From Vulcanimicrobiota bacterium (GTDB taxonomy: Bacteria > Vulcanimicrobiota > Vulcanimicrobiia > Vulcanimicrobiales > Vulcanimicrobiaceae): DNA of 64,000 bases. The notes under the pieces are model-generated. The model was given only the letters and a program-made list of their open reading frames with translations, did no database searches and had not been told where the DNA came from. Position 1 is the stretch's first letter, and every line of letters starts with the position of its first letter. Of the stretch, positions 1-12,759 are shown in pieces. The DNA is taken from assembly GCA_963733295.1 (NCBI GenBank), contig CAVTCS010000003.1, positions 2,432,001-2,496,000 on the forward strand, read 5' to 3'. The position numbers were made by a program, and so were the translations under genes.

Positions 1-2
1 AA

Positions 3-1525
3 CGCTGGGCCGGGCGCAATCACGACTGGTATCACCTCTACAACGACGACGTCCTGTCGATGCCGGATACCTGGGAGTACCCCTGGTACGCTGCCTGGGA
101 TCTCGCGTTTCACACCGTCGTGTTCGCGCTCATCGATCCTGGATTTGCGAAGCGCCAGCTCGTTACGTTGACGCGCGAGTGGTACATGCACCCGAGCGGC
201 GCGATCCCCGCCTACGAGTGGGGCTTCAGCGACGTGAATCCGCCCGTGCACGCCTGGGCCGCGTACCGCATCTTTCAAATCGAACACAAGATGTACGGAT
301 ACGCCGACTATCTCTTCCTCGAGCGCGTCTTCCAGAAGCTGCTGCTAAATTTTACGTGGTGGGTCAACCGTGAGGATCCCGACGGACACAACGTATTCGC
401 CGGCGGGTTCCTCGGTCTCGACAACATCGGATTATTCGATCGGAGCGCGAAGCTGCCGCCGGAGTGGCGCCTCGAGCAATCGGACGCCACCAGTTGGATG
501 GCTGTCTACTCGCTGGATATGATGGCGATCGCTCTCGAGCTGGCGCAGCACAATCCGTCGTACGAAGACATCGCCTCGAAATTCTTCGAACACTTCCTCT
601 ATATTGCAAACGCGATCAACAATGTGGAAGGCACCGAGACCGGGCTGTGGGATGAAAGCGACGGTCTCTACTACGACCAACTCGTCAATTCGAGCGGTCG
701 CCGGTTTCCGATGAAAGTTCACTCAGTCGTAGGAATGTTGCCGATGCTGGCAGTCGAGACGCTTGCGCCGAAACTGCTGGCACGGATGCCCAACTTTAGG
801 CGCCGGCTGGAGTGGTTCATCGAAAACCGGCCGGAGTTGCGCGCGAACGTCGCTTGCATGGAAACGGAAGGTACGGAGCAGCGCCGGCTTCTCTCCGTTG
901 TCGATCGCGGCCGGCTCGAGAGGCTTCTGCGAAAACTGTTCGACGAGAACGAATTCCTGAGCCCGCACGGAATCCGCTCGGTCTCGCGCTACCACGCCGA
1001 GCATCCCTACGTCATTGCGTTCCGGGGTCGCGAACTTCGCGTCGACTACGAGCCGGCTGAGTCTCACAGCGGACTCTTCGGAGGAAATTCCAACTGGCGC
1101 GGTCCGGTTTGGTTTCCGATAAACTTCCTCTTAATCGAGGCGTTGCAGAACTACCACTTCTACTACGGCGATGATTTCCGGGTCGAGTTCCCTACCGGTT
1201 CCGGAAAGTACCTCACCCTGTGGGACGTCGCGTCCGAGCTTTCCGCGCGCCTCATCCGTATTTTCACCGTCGACGCCGACGGGCGCCGCCCGTTCTACGG
1301 CGGAGTCGAGAAATTCCAGCGCGATCCGTTCTTCAAGGATCTGTTGTTGTTCAATGAATACTTCCACGGCGACAACGCCGCCGGCATCGGAGCTTCACAC
1401 CAGACCGGCTGGACCGGTCTCGTCGCCAAGCTGATCCAACAGGTTAGCGAGTACGAGGGCGCAGGCAAGTCACCACTCGAGTGGAGCTACGAAGCGACGC
1501 CGGCCCCGGATTCGATTCCGACACG

Positions 1526-1529
<4 letters not shown>
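3..1529 (+). CDS. MGH1-like / GH63-type (alpha/alpha)6 glycoside hydrolase, 5'-truncated by window edge
   Basis: Frame open from base 3. Motifs '[19 protein letters not shown]', '[10 protein letters not shown]', '[11 protein letters not shown]', '[21 protein letters not shown]' are typical of this family. Confidence 0.85.
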
Positions 1530-3708
<2,179 letters not shown>

Positions 3709-3712
<4 letters not shown>

Positions 3713-5811
3713 TCGGGGTTCGTGGACCGGTCATCGACGTGGGCCAGCCGCGCCCGCTCGGCGCGACCTGGGACGGCAAGGGCGTCAACTTCGCACTCTT
3801 CTCCGCGCACGCCGAGAAGGTCGAACTCTGCATTTTCGACCAGCGCGGCCGGCGCGAGCTGCACCGGCTCGCGCTCGGCGGGCACACCGATCAAGTCTGG
3901 CACGGCTACGTGGCCGACGCGCGGCCGGGGCTACGTTACGGATACCGCGTGTACGGGCCTTACGAACCGCACGCCGGACACCGCTTCAATCCGAACAAAC
4001 TGCTGCTCGATCCGTACGCGAAGGCGATTTCGGGCGCATTGAAGTGGAGCGACGCACACTTCGGTTATCGCGTCGGTACGCACCGCGGCGATCTGTCGTT
4101 CGACCGTCGCGACAACGCCGCCGGTATGCCCAAGTCGGTCGTCGTCGACACGGCCTTCACGTGGGGAAACGAGCGTCCGCCCAACACGCCGTGGCGCGAC
4201 ACCGTCATCTACGAATTGAACGTGCGCGGCTTCACGATGGAATTCCCACGCTTACCCGGACCACTGCACGGAACGTTTCTCGCTCTCGGCTCGCCGCAGG
4301 TCATCGAGTACCTGCACAAGCTCGGCATCACGGCCGTCGAACTCATGCCGGTCCAAGCCTTCGTCGACGAGCGCGACCTGGTCGAGCGGCGCCTGCGCGA
4401 TGCGTGGGGTTACAACACGATCGGCTTTTTCGCACCGCACCTGCCCTACTTGCACGGCGAAGACATCAACCAGTTCAAAACGATGACGACGCAGTTGCAC
4501 GAGGCCGGTATCGAAGTGATCCTCGACGTCGTCTACAACCATACGGCCGAGGGCAACGAGAACGGCCCGACGCTGTCGTTTCGTGGAATCGACAATAAGT
4601 CGTATTACCGCTTAGCCGAGGATCCGCGCTTCTACGACGACGTTAGCGGCTGCGGGAACACCCTCAACCTTGAGCATCCGCGCGTCTTGCAATTCGTCAT
4701 GGACTCTCTGCGCTACTGGGCGACGGAGATGCACGTCGACGGCTTCCGCTTCGATCTCGCGCCGGCGCTGTCCCGAACCGCGCAGGGTGTCGACCAGCGT
4801 AGCGGCTTCTTGAAAGCGATCGCCCAAGACCCCGCGCTGGCCCGCACGAAACTCATCGCCGAGCCGTGGGATCTTGGCATCGGCGGATACCAACTCGGAC
4901 GCTTTCCCCCCGGATGGTCGGAGTGGAACGACCGCTATCGCGATGGCGTGCGGCGCTTCTGGCTCGGTCACGACGCCACGGTCCCCGAACTCGCTTCCTG
5001 CTTGACCGGTTCGAGCGAAATCTTCGCGCATGAGAGCCGTCACTTGCGGGCGTCGATCAACTTCGTGACCGCCCATGACGGTTTTACGCTGCGCGATCTC
5101 GTCAGCTACGACAACAAGCACAACGAAGCGAACGGTGAAGGCAACCACGACGGCAGCGATGCGAATCTCAGCTGGAACTGCGGCGTCGAGGGCCCGAGCG
5201 ACGACCCCGCGGTCGTCGCGTTGCGCGCGAGGCAGACGCGGAACTTCCTCGCGACGCTCTTGCTTTCGCAAGGCGTCCCGATGTTGCTTGCGGGAGACGA
5301 ACGGGGCCGTACTCAGGACGGGAATAACAACGCCTACTGCCAAGACGGACCGCTGACCTGGATTGCGTGGACCCCGCCTGACGATCCGGACCTGGTCGAG
5401 TTCGTGCGCGCCCTCATCGATCTGCGCCGGACGAACGCGGCCTTTCGACGCGAACTTTTTTTTCGGGGCGAGCCGCTACCCGACGGTTCGCGCAAAGACC
5501 TGACTTGGCTTCGCCCGGACGGCCGCGAGATGGAAGAGGCCGATTGGTTCGACGCGGGACGGCGCGTGATCGGCTTGCTCTTCGGCGACGACAGCGGGCA
5601 GGACGAGCGTCTGTTTGCGATGTTCCTCAACGCGCACGACGGCGAATTCCCGATGGAGCTTCCGGCTCACGCCGCCGGTTGGGAATTGCTGATCGACACG
5701 GCCGGCAATCCGCGCAGCGACATCCGCTTCCCAATGCCGGTGACGGGGCGTCTCGTCTTGCGCGCCCGCTCGCTCCAACTCTTCCGCACGCGCGCGCGGC
5801 GAGAGGCGTGA
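3709..5811 (+). CDS. glgX: glycogen debranching enzyme
   Basis: 'PLGATWDGKGVNFALFSAHA', 'DVVYNHTAEG', 'DGFRFDLA', 'NFVTAHDGFTL', 'NNNAYCQD'. ATGA overlap with the glgB stop. Confidence 0.95.
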
Positions 5812-7526
5812 GCGCGGCCCGCGCCTTTCTGCCGGAGCCGCTCGCGAGCGGCGGCCGCGCTTGGGGTTTTTCGCTGAACCTCTATTCACTGCGCTCGCAG
5901 CGCAACTGGGGAATCGGCGATTTCTCCGATCTGCGCAGTTTTCTGCGGATTGCGGCGTCGCTCGGCGCTTCGTACGTCGGCATCAACCCGCTGCACGCTC
6001 TCGCGCCGCTGGAGCCGTCTGGCGCCAGCCCGTACGGTCCCACCAGCCGATTCTTCCTCAATCCGCTCTACATCGACATCGAAGCGGTGCCCGAGTACGC
6101 GCGCATCGCAGGGCGGCGTTCGGCCCGCCAGCGGGTGGCACGACGCGAAGCTCTTGCGGCGCTCCGCGCCGTGCCGCTCATCGATTACCCGGCCGTCGCG
6201 GCGCAGAAACAGGCCGCGTTGCGCGAACTCTATCACGCTTTCATCAAGTGCGGCGACGAGCGCCGCGCGCAGTTCGATGTTTTCGCGGCGCGCGAAGGTT
6301 TGCGGCTCGAGCGCTTCGCGCAGTACGAAGCACTGGATGAGTTCCTGACCGGAGACGCGGCCGCTCACGGCTGGTTCGCCTGGCCGCAACAGTATCGCGA
6401 TCCCGCATCGCCGGCGGTCGAACGCTTCGCCCGGGAGGAGCGCAAGCGGATCGATTTTTACCGCTACGCGCAGTTCGTCGCCGACGAACAACTCTCGGCC
6501 GTCCAGACCGAAGGCAGCGCGCTGGGAGTCCGACTGTATCGCGACCTGGCCGTCGGCGTCGAGGCGAGCGGCCCCGACGTGTGGTCCGACCGCTCCGCAT
6601 ACGTTCTCGCTGAAACGATCGGCGCGCCGCCCGATGCGCTCGGCCCCAACGGTCAAAACTGGGGCTTGCCTCCGCCCGACCCCCTGACCATCGCCGAGAA
6701 CGGCGCGGAACGCTTCGCGCAGCTGCTGCGTGCGAACATGCGTCACGCCGGCGCGCTGCGCCTCGATCACGTCATGTCCTTGACGCGTCTTTTTCGCATT
6801 CCGCTTGGACGAACGGCGCGCGACGGCAGCTACGTCGAATATCCGCTCGAAGCCCTGCTCGCTGCGGTCGAGCGCGAGAGCGTCCGCGCGCGCTGCGCGG
6901 TCATCGGAGAGGATTTGGGCAACGTCCCCGACGGCTTCCGCGAACGCATGGAAGAGACGCAGATTCTTTCGTACCGCCTACTGCCGTTCGAACGCGAGTC
7001 TGACGGCCGGTTCAAAGCGCCCGACTCTTATCCACGCCTCGCACTCGCAACCGCCGGGACCCACGACCTTCCGACCTTGGCCGGTTGGGCGCTCGGGCGC
7101 GATATCGAAGTGCGCCGCGAGGCCGGCCTGCTTTCCGCGGACGCCGCAAATGAAGCGCTGGCCGAGCGCCGGGAAGACGTCGAACTCTTGCTCGAAGCGC
7201 TCGTGACTCACGCCACGTTTTCGCCAGAAGACGGGCGCGCCGCGCTTGCCGCGGTCGAGCGAGGCGAACCCGACGTCAGCGCGTTCGCTCCGCTCGTCAT
7301 CGCCACGTATCGCTATCTCGCGCGAACGCCGGCATGCCTCGCTTTCGTGCAACTCGACGACGCGGTCGTTTCCTTCGATCAGGCGAACTTGCCTGGAACC
7401 GTCCTTGAGTATCCGAATTGGCGCCGCAAGATGACGATCGAGGTAGAGGCGCTCGCGACGCACCCTACCGTCGGCGCGATCGCTGCGGAACTCCGGGCGG
7501 AAAGACCGCTCGGCCATACGAAGTGA
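5808..7526 (+). CDS. malQ: 4-alpha-glucanotransferase (amylomaltase, GH77)
   Basis: 'LYSLRSQRNWGIGDFSDL', 'YRDLAVG', 'LRLDHVM', 'IGEDLG', 'THDLPTL', 'NLPGT..EYPNWRRK'. GTGA overlap. Confidence 0.93.
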   Translation: MSAARAFLPEPLASGGRAWGFSLNLYSLRSQRNWGIGDFSDLRSFLRIAASLGASYVGINPLHALAPLEPSGASPYGPTSRFFLNPLYIDIEAVPEYARIAGRRSARQRVARREALAALRAVPLIDYPAVAAQKQAALRELYHAFIKCGDERRAQFDVFAAREGLRLERFAQYEALDEFLTGDAAAHGWFAWPQQYRDPASPAVERFAREERKRIDFYRYAQFVADEQLSAVQTEGSALGVRLYRDLAVGVEASGPDVWSDRSAYVLAETIGAPPDALGPNGQNWGLPPPDPLTIAENGAERFAQLLRANMRHAGALRLDHVMSLTRLFRIPLGRTARDGSYVEYPLEALLAAVERESVRARCAVIGEDLGNVPDGFRERMEETQILSYRLLPFERESDGRFKAPDSYPRLALATAGTHDLPTLAGWALGRDIEVRREAGLLSADAANEALAERREDVELLLEALVTHATFSPEDGRAALAAVERGEPDVSAFAPLVIATYRYLARTPACLAFVQLDDAVVSFDQANLPGTVLEYPNWRRKMTIEVEALATHPTVGAIAAELRAERPLGHTK

Positions 7527-7535
7527 CCTAGCGGC

Positions 7536-10037
7536 ATGAAAGCGGTAGTGATGGCAGGCGGTGAGGGTTCGCGACTGCGTCCTCTGACGTCGCGCCGTCC
7601 CAAGCCCCTCGCGCCGGTCGCGAACAAACCGGTGATGGAGCACATCGTCGATCTGCTGCGTCGCCACGGCGTGACCGACATCGTGTCGACACTGCACTAC
7701 TTGGCCGACGAAATCGAGAGCTATTTCGGCGACGGTAGCGATTTCGGCGTGCGGATGTCGTACGTCGTCGAGGACACCCCGCTAGGCACGGCGGGCGCGG
7801 TCAAGATGGCCGAGCCGTTGCTCTCGGACGCGCCGTTCGTCGTGATCTCGGGCGACGCGCTAACCGATCTCGATCTCGGCGCGCTCGCCGCAGCTCATGC
7901 GGAGAGCGGTGCCTTCGCCACGATCACACTGAAACGGGTCACCAATCCACTCGAGTTCGGCGTCGTGATCGTCGACGAAAAGCATCAGATCACGCGCTTT
8001 CTCGAAAAGCCTTCATGGGGCGAGATTTTTTCGGACACGATCAACACGGGCATCTACATGCTCGATCCCGGCATCTTCGAGTTCATGGAAGCCGGCAAGT
8101 CGTACGATTTCTCGCGAGATCTGTTTCCGCGCTTGATGCACGAAGGCAAGCTCGTCCAGGGATACATCACCCAAGATTACTGGACCGACATCGGTAACCT
8201 GCAACAATATCAGCAGGCCAACTACGATGCGCTCGGCGGCCGCGTGCAGCTGACCATTCCCGGGACGGAACGTTCGCCTGGGATCTGGATCGGCGAAAAC
8301 TGTTCGATTCATCCCGAAGCGCATCTCGAAGCGCCGGTGGTTCTCGGTAAGAACGTGGTCCTAGAGGCGGGCTCGGTCGTCGGAGGCGAGAGCGTCGTCG
8401 GGAACGCGACGATCGTGGCCAAGCACGCACGCTTCGATCGCTCCGTGTCGTGGGCGGACTGCTACGTCGGCGAGCATTCGGTCGTTTCCGGTAGCACGAT
8501 CGCCGACAAGAACATCATCAAAGATCACGTTACGATCAACGAAGGCAGCGTCATCGGAAGCGGCTGCACGGTCGGTAGCGGTGCCGTCGTTCGCTCGAAC
8601 ATCAAGCTTTGGCCGGACAAATCCGTTACCTCCGGCGCGATCGTCTCGATGTCGCTCATCTACGGCATCAAATGGCCCGGTTCGCTTTTCGGCGGCATCG
8701 GCGTCAGCGGTCTCGCGAACGTCGAGATCACGCCCTCTTTCGCGCTCGCGCTCGGACAGGCGTTCGGCTCGCACTTCCGGCAAGGCCAGGTCGCGTTCAG
8801 CAGCCGCGACGCCCACCCTGCCGCGCGCATGCTGAACCGCTGCATCATCTCGGGGCTGCTCAGCGTCGGCGTGAACGTCGAGGATCAGCGCACCATTCCG
8901 CTCCCGCTCGCCCGCTACTCTGTGCGCATGGGCGGGGACGGCGGCATTCACACGCGAGTCGATCCCAAAGATCCGAACTCCGTGCTCATCGAAGTTCTCG
9001 ACGCCAATGGCGTCAACGTCGACACGAACACCGAGCGCAAGATCGAGAACCTGTTCTTCCGCGAAGATTTCCGCCGCACGGCGATGGACGAAGTCGCACA
9101 GTTGTCGTTTCCGGCGCGTTCCGTCGAGCTCTACACCAGCGCGTTTCTGCAGGCGCTCAAACCGAGAGCACTTCCGGCAGCGAAATTCCGCGTCGTGGTC
9201 GACTACGCTTACGGTAATGCCTCGATCGTTCTACCCAGCATCCTTTCGAACTTAGGCGTCGATATCGTGGCGCTCGACGCGTACTACGATGAAGCGAAAG
9301 CGCGAACGTTCCGGAGCGACCGCGAACGCTATCTCGAGCAGCTTCGCACCGTGACGCTGACGCTGGGCGCGGACCTCGGCGTCCTGGTCGACCACGACGG
9401 CGAAGCGTTCGCTCTCATCGACGACATGGGACGGATCATCGCCGGCAACCGCCTCCTGGCGCTCGTCACGCTGATGATCGGTCGCGCCAAACCCGGGGCT
9501 CGCATCGCGGTCCCGATCACGACGCCGAGCGTCATCGAACAGCTGGCGACCTCGCTCGGAGCGACGATCACGCGGACGCGAAGCGACCACCGCTCGATGA
9601 TGGCGCTCGCGCAAGCCGAACGTGACACGCTCGACTACGGCAGCGGCTTCAAGCAAGAGCCGATCTTCCCCGAGTTTCAACCTGCCTTCGACGCGCTCTA
9701 CGCGATCGTCAAGATCATGGAGATGCTCGCCATGGAAGGTCGCAAGCTCCACGAACTCAACGATCTCTTACCGCACTGGTTCTTCCGCCACCGCTCGATC
9801 CGGTGTCCCTGGGAACGCAAAGGCGTCGTGATGCGAACCATCGTCGACCGCTACGCCGGACACGACATCGAGCTTTTCGACGGCGTGCGCGTGCGTCAGG
9901 ACGGTGGCTGGTTCCTGGTGCTGCCGGACGCCTCGGACCCAACGCTCAACGTCTACGCCGAGGGTTCGAGCGGCGACGACGCCGACCGGCTGATCGGCGA
10001 TATCGCTCAGCAGATCGAAACGCTGGTCGAAGCCTAA
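7536..10037 (+). CDS. sugar-1-phosphate nucleotidyltransferase (mannose-1-phosphate guanylyltransferase-like) fused to a left-handed beta-helix and a phosphohexomutase-like domain
   Basis: N-terminal '[18 protein letters not shown]', 'PLGTAGAVK', 'FLEKP'. Hexapeptide repeats follow. PMM-like C-terminal half with 'DGVRV...[17 protein letters not shown]'. Confidence 0.85.
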   Translation: MKAVVMAGGEGSRLRPLTSRRPKPLAPVANKPVMEHIVDLLRRHGVTDIVSTLHYLADEIESYFGDGSDFGVRMSYVVEDTPLGTAGAVKMAEPLLSDAPFVVISGDALTDLDLGALAAAHAESGAFATITLKRVTNPLEFGVVIVDEKHQITRFLEKPSWGEIFSDTINTGIYMLDPGIFEFMEAGKSYDFSRDLFPRLMHEGKLVQGYITQDYWTDIGNLQQYQQANYDALGGRVQLTIPGTERSPGIWIGENCSIHPEAHLEAPVVLGKNVVLEAGSVVGGESVVGNATIVAKHARFDRSVSWADCYVGEHSVVSGSTIADKNIIKDHVTINEGSVIGSGCTVGSGAVVRSNIKLWPDKSVTSGAIVSMSLIYGIKWPGSLFGGIGVSGLANVEITPSFALALGQAFGSHFRQGQVAFSSRDAHPAARMLNRCIISGLLSVGVNVEDQRTIPLPLARYSVRMGGDGGIHTRVDPKDPNSVLIEVLDANGVNVDTNTERKIENLFFREDFRRTAMDEVAQLSFPARSVELYTSAFLQALKPRALPAAKFRVVVDYAYGNASIVLPSILSNLGVDIVALDAYYDEAKARTFRSDRERYLEQLRTVTLTLGADLGVLVDHDGEAFALIDDMGRIIAGNRLLALVTLMIGRAKPGARIAVPITTPSVIEQLATSLGATITRTRSDHRSMMALAQAERDTLDYGSGFKQEPIFPEFQPAFDALYAIVKIMEMLAMEGRKLHELNDLLPHWFFRHRSIRCPWERKGVVMRTIVDRYAGHDIELFDGVRVRQDGGWFLVLPDASDPTLNVYAEGSSGDDADRLIGDIAQQIETLVEA

Positions 10038-10059
10038 GGCTCGTTCCGCGGTCCGCGGC

Positions 10060-10635
10060 TTAGGTGCTGCTCTCGCCGAGGTATTCCGCTAGCGGCTTCC
10101 AGTATCTGACCGGCCAGCCGGCGTCGAGGTGATCGAATTCGCCGTCCGGGAAGGCCGTCTGGGTTAGAACCAGGTGCGTTCCGGTGTCAATCGGCGTCAG
10201 GTCGAATCTGACGATCGAGTAAACTCCCGGGGCCCAAGTCGTAGCCCGCCAAGCCTGGACGATCTCGCTGTTCGGAATGAGCTCAACGTTACGTCCGACG
10301 ATTTGGCCGTCGAACAGGGAGAACGCGCCGCCCGCCGACCGGTCGATCGCCGCCATCAGCCGGTGGACGCAGTAAATTCCTTGGCGTTAATGAGCGCATC
10401 GAAGACGCGCTGAGGGCTGGCGTGAAAATCGACTTCCTGATGGAGCGACGTGCGTGACACGTTCCTCGGGGTGCCCGGTATCTGGTTCATCATCGGCTGC
10501 GGCGTCGGTTGTGCTGCGCGATCGCGCGAACGCCCGAAAGTGTCGCCACGCCTCCAAAGGCCGTCGCGATGACGCGCACGAGCCGGCGCCGGCTGAGCGT
10601 AGTGTCGAGCGCTTTCAAATCGTTTCCTCGTGCAT
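10060..10635 (-). pseudogene. SRPBCC/Aha1 (AHSA1)-domain protein with Tat-like signal, broken by single-base frameshifts
   Basis: Three frame segments join into one protein: 'LKALDTTLSRRRLVRVIATAFGG..' | 'AQPTPQ..SLHQEVDFHASPQRVFDALINAKEFTASTG' | 'MAAIDRSAGGAFSLFDGQIVGRNVELIPNSEIVQAWR..GWPVRYWKPLAEYL'. Shifts near 10518 and 10357. Confidence 0.75.
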
Positions 10636-10999
10636 TCTGTTTCCTCCAAACGGTCTATCAAGCAGTCCCCGATAGTTACCGGAGATGTTTAATATTTTCG
10701 CACCCTCGACCTCGTTGCGCACGGGAAATTTTTGTCCACGCCGTGGCGCGGCAACCACACCAATTCCCGCTCATCTCACCAAGCAAGCGTCCCGGTTGTC
10801 CGGCCCAGCGGAACTGGGGAAAGAGGTTTGGAATCAAAGTCGTTCCGGCAATGAAGATCGCCCACAATTGGAGCGCCTGCGTGAACCGAAGCGACGCTGA
10901 AGCACGGCGAGCAAGCTGTTCTGCGGTCGTCAGCACGCGGAGATCACGGCCAACGCTCTGTAGCAGGCGTGAGCTTTAACGTTGGCTACCGGCGGGAAT

Positions 11000-11422
11000 C
11001 TACAAACGGCCGCCCGCGGCCGTACATCCAAGTTTTGTGAGTTCCGACTCGGATACCGTTCGCACCGCCGCTATGGGGTGCGGTTCTGTCTGTAAGAAAC
11101 CGGTCGCGACGATCTGTCCGACGCGGAACGTATGAGGCGGAGCACCGGTAACGGTTTCTTCCAGCTGTGCCGTCTTGGAAGCATGGCAGCCCGCACAGGG
11201 GAGGCAACGTACCCCGAGGGTCACCGAGCCGCCTGATTGCGTGGACATCCGGATGATCTCGGCCAAGTTCTCGGGCACGATTTCGAAACGAGTCTGCGTA
11301 AACGTCCGATGTTCCTTCGGGATGCCGGCGCTGATTGAGACGATTGGCAAAGCGAGAACCAATAGTGCGCCAACGGCGGCAACCCGAACGCTGTCCTTGT
11401 AACTCCGTCGACGACGCGTCAC
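11000..11422 (-). CDS. small exported/membrane-anchored hypothetical protein with CLPCAGCH (CxxCH) motif
   Basis: Basic N-terminus plus hydrophobic stretch. GTG start overlaps the upstream TGA, so it is the last gene of a coupled operon. Confidence 0.6.
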   Translation of the reverse strand: MTRRRRSYKDSVRVAAVGALLVLALPIVSISAGIPKEHRTFTQTRFEIVPENLAEIIRMSTQSGGSVTLGVRCLPCAGCHASKTAQLEETVTGAPPHTFRVGQIVATGFLQTEPHPIAAVRTVSESELTKLGCTAAGGRL

Positions 11423-11895
11423 GTTTGGTTCAGTGCCGCCTGCGTTACTAATTGCTGAGCGATCGCTGCGGGGATGCTGGGTATCAGCGTCACGATGTCC
11501 GTGGCCGTATAGCCGCCAGCGCCCCCGCTCAGTTTCTGCCAGGAGCCCGAGGTATTCGTCGCAATGATCGCGCCCCCCACGTTTCCACTATACCAGCATG
11601 CCTCGGCAAAATTTCCGACGATAGCGATACTCGATACCGTGGCCCACGGACGCGCGATGAGCGCCGTCAATTGCGACAAGTCGGTGCTCGTCGGGGGCCG
11701 CGGTGTCGGAGCCTGCGTCGGGGCCTGCGTGGGCGGTGCCGTCGGGCAGACCGGCGGACAGTTATAAAGAACAGCTGGAACAGCCTTTCTGGACTCAGAG
11801 CCGGCGAAGCTCGTTCCCGCACCGGCGAAGGCCAAAATGGAGAGCGCTAGCGCGAAGACAATGGCGCCAGCGATGTAATGCCGATCCGTTTTCAC
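11419..11895 (-). CDS. secreted hypothetical protein with Pro/Thr linker
   Basis: GTG at 11895 with GAGAGG SD just after the upstream stop. Signal peptide 'KTDRHYIAGAIVFALALSILAFAGAG', then 'PPTQAPTQAPTP' linker and a compact C-terminal domain. Confidence 0.7.
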   Translation of the reverse strand: MKTDRHYIAGAIVFALALSILAFAGAGTSFAGSESRKAVPAVLYNCPPVCPTAPPTQAPTQAPTPRPPTSTDLSQLTALIARPWATVSSIAIVGNFAEACWYSGNVGGAIIATNTSGSWQKLSGGAGGYTATDIVTLIPSIPAAIAQQLVTQAALNQT

Positions 11896-11908
11896 TTTCA
11901 GCGTCCTC

Positions 11909-12757
11909 TCAATTATGGTGGTAGAAAATCGGAGTGGTGGCTGGTAGGTTGTCGTCACTATTCGCAGCAGTCGTTCCCTCGGTCTCGACGGTGTCATCCC
12001 ACGTGAACGTTCCGGGAGTGCTCGAATTCGAAATCATCCTATCGTTTCCCTCATAAATGCCGGCATGGGTTCCTCCGAGGTCGTCCTCAAGTACGACGAT
12101 ATCTCCCGGAACAGCACTGCTTTGTGAAACCTGCGTATAACCGCTATACGGAAGGTTGGTCTGCAGGACCGAAACAAGATTCGTTCCGCCGGGTCCGGGA
12201 CCGATCGGCGTAAGCCCGGCATTGATCAAGACCTGGTTCACCGCAGCCACGCACTCATTGCCAATCGACGCACCGTTGAGCCCTCTCGTGCTCGTCCCTT
12301 TGAAGGCCTCCGCGGCTTGATAGATCTTTTGTGCATAGTTGCTCGGAGTCGCAGTCGGTTTAGGTTTCGGAGTCGGCGTCGGGGACCCGCCGCCGGAATC
12401 GCAAGCCAGGATGCTACGGCCCTCTCGCGGCTTTCTCAACGTCTGCCGCTCTCCGTTACAACCGGTGTCGCTGCCGCCGCCGTCGCCGCCGCCGATGTCG
12501 TAACCACCGTCGCCACCACCGTTGCCGCCTACGCAAACGTCGGCTGAGTTGCTGTCGTCGCAATCCTCACCTATCGTCAGCGGACGGAGTGAAGGCGGCC
12601 GGGCCGCTGGTGTGGCGACGATGTCAGGCAGCGCCTGATTTGTCCGGGCAACGCTTTGAGGCGCGTTCTGGGTGTTTGCCGGAAGGCTGGGAGAGCCTTG
12701 GGACGAGCACGCGGCGATGATGAAGCATCCCGCGAGCAGCATCGCGACAGGTCGCAA
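11909..12757 (-). CDS. lipoprotein with C-terminal NlpC/P60(CHAP)-like Cys-His domain (putative peptidoglycan amidase/peptidase)
   Basis: Lipobox-like 'FIIAAC'. Gly/Asp/Cys-rich linker. C-terminal 'NECVAAVNQVL...AVPGDIVV....THAGIY....MISNSS' has the Cys...PGD...H-x-G-I pattern of papain-like cell-wall hydrolases. Confidence 0.7.
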   Translation of the reverse strand: MRPVAMLLAGCFIIAACSSQGSPSLPANTQNAPQSVARTNQALPDIVATPAARPPSLRPLTIGEDCDDSNSADVCVGGNGGGDGGYDIGGGDGGGSDTGCNGERQTLRKPREGRSILACDSGGGSPTPTPKPKPTATPSNYAQKIYQAAEAFKGTSTRGLNGASIGNECVAAVNQVLINAGLTPIGPGPGGTNLVSVLQTNLPYSGYTQVSQSSAVPGDIVVLEDDLGGTHAGIYEGNDRMISNSSTPGTFTWDDTVETEGTTAANSDDNLPATTPIFYHHN

Positions 12758-12759
12758 AT

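Noticed and set aside
10676..10936. 86-aa minus-strand ORF after the Sdp-like operon as a possible SdpC/SdpI equivalent
   Set aside because: No clear SD, no convincing signal peptide or multi-TM pattern, and no recognisable SdpC/SdpI motifs. It cannot be supported.
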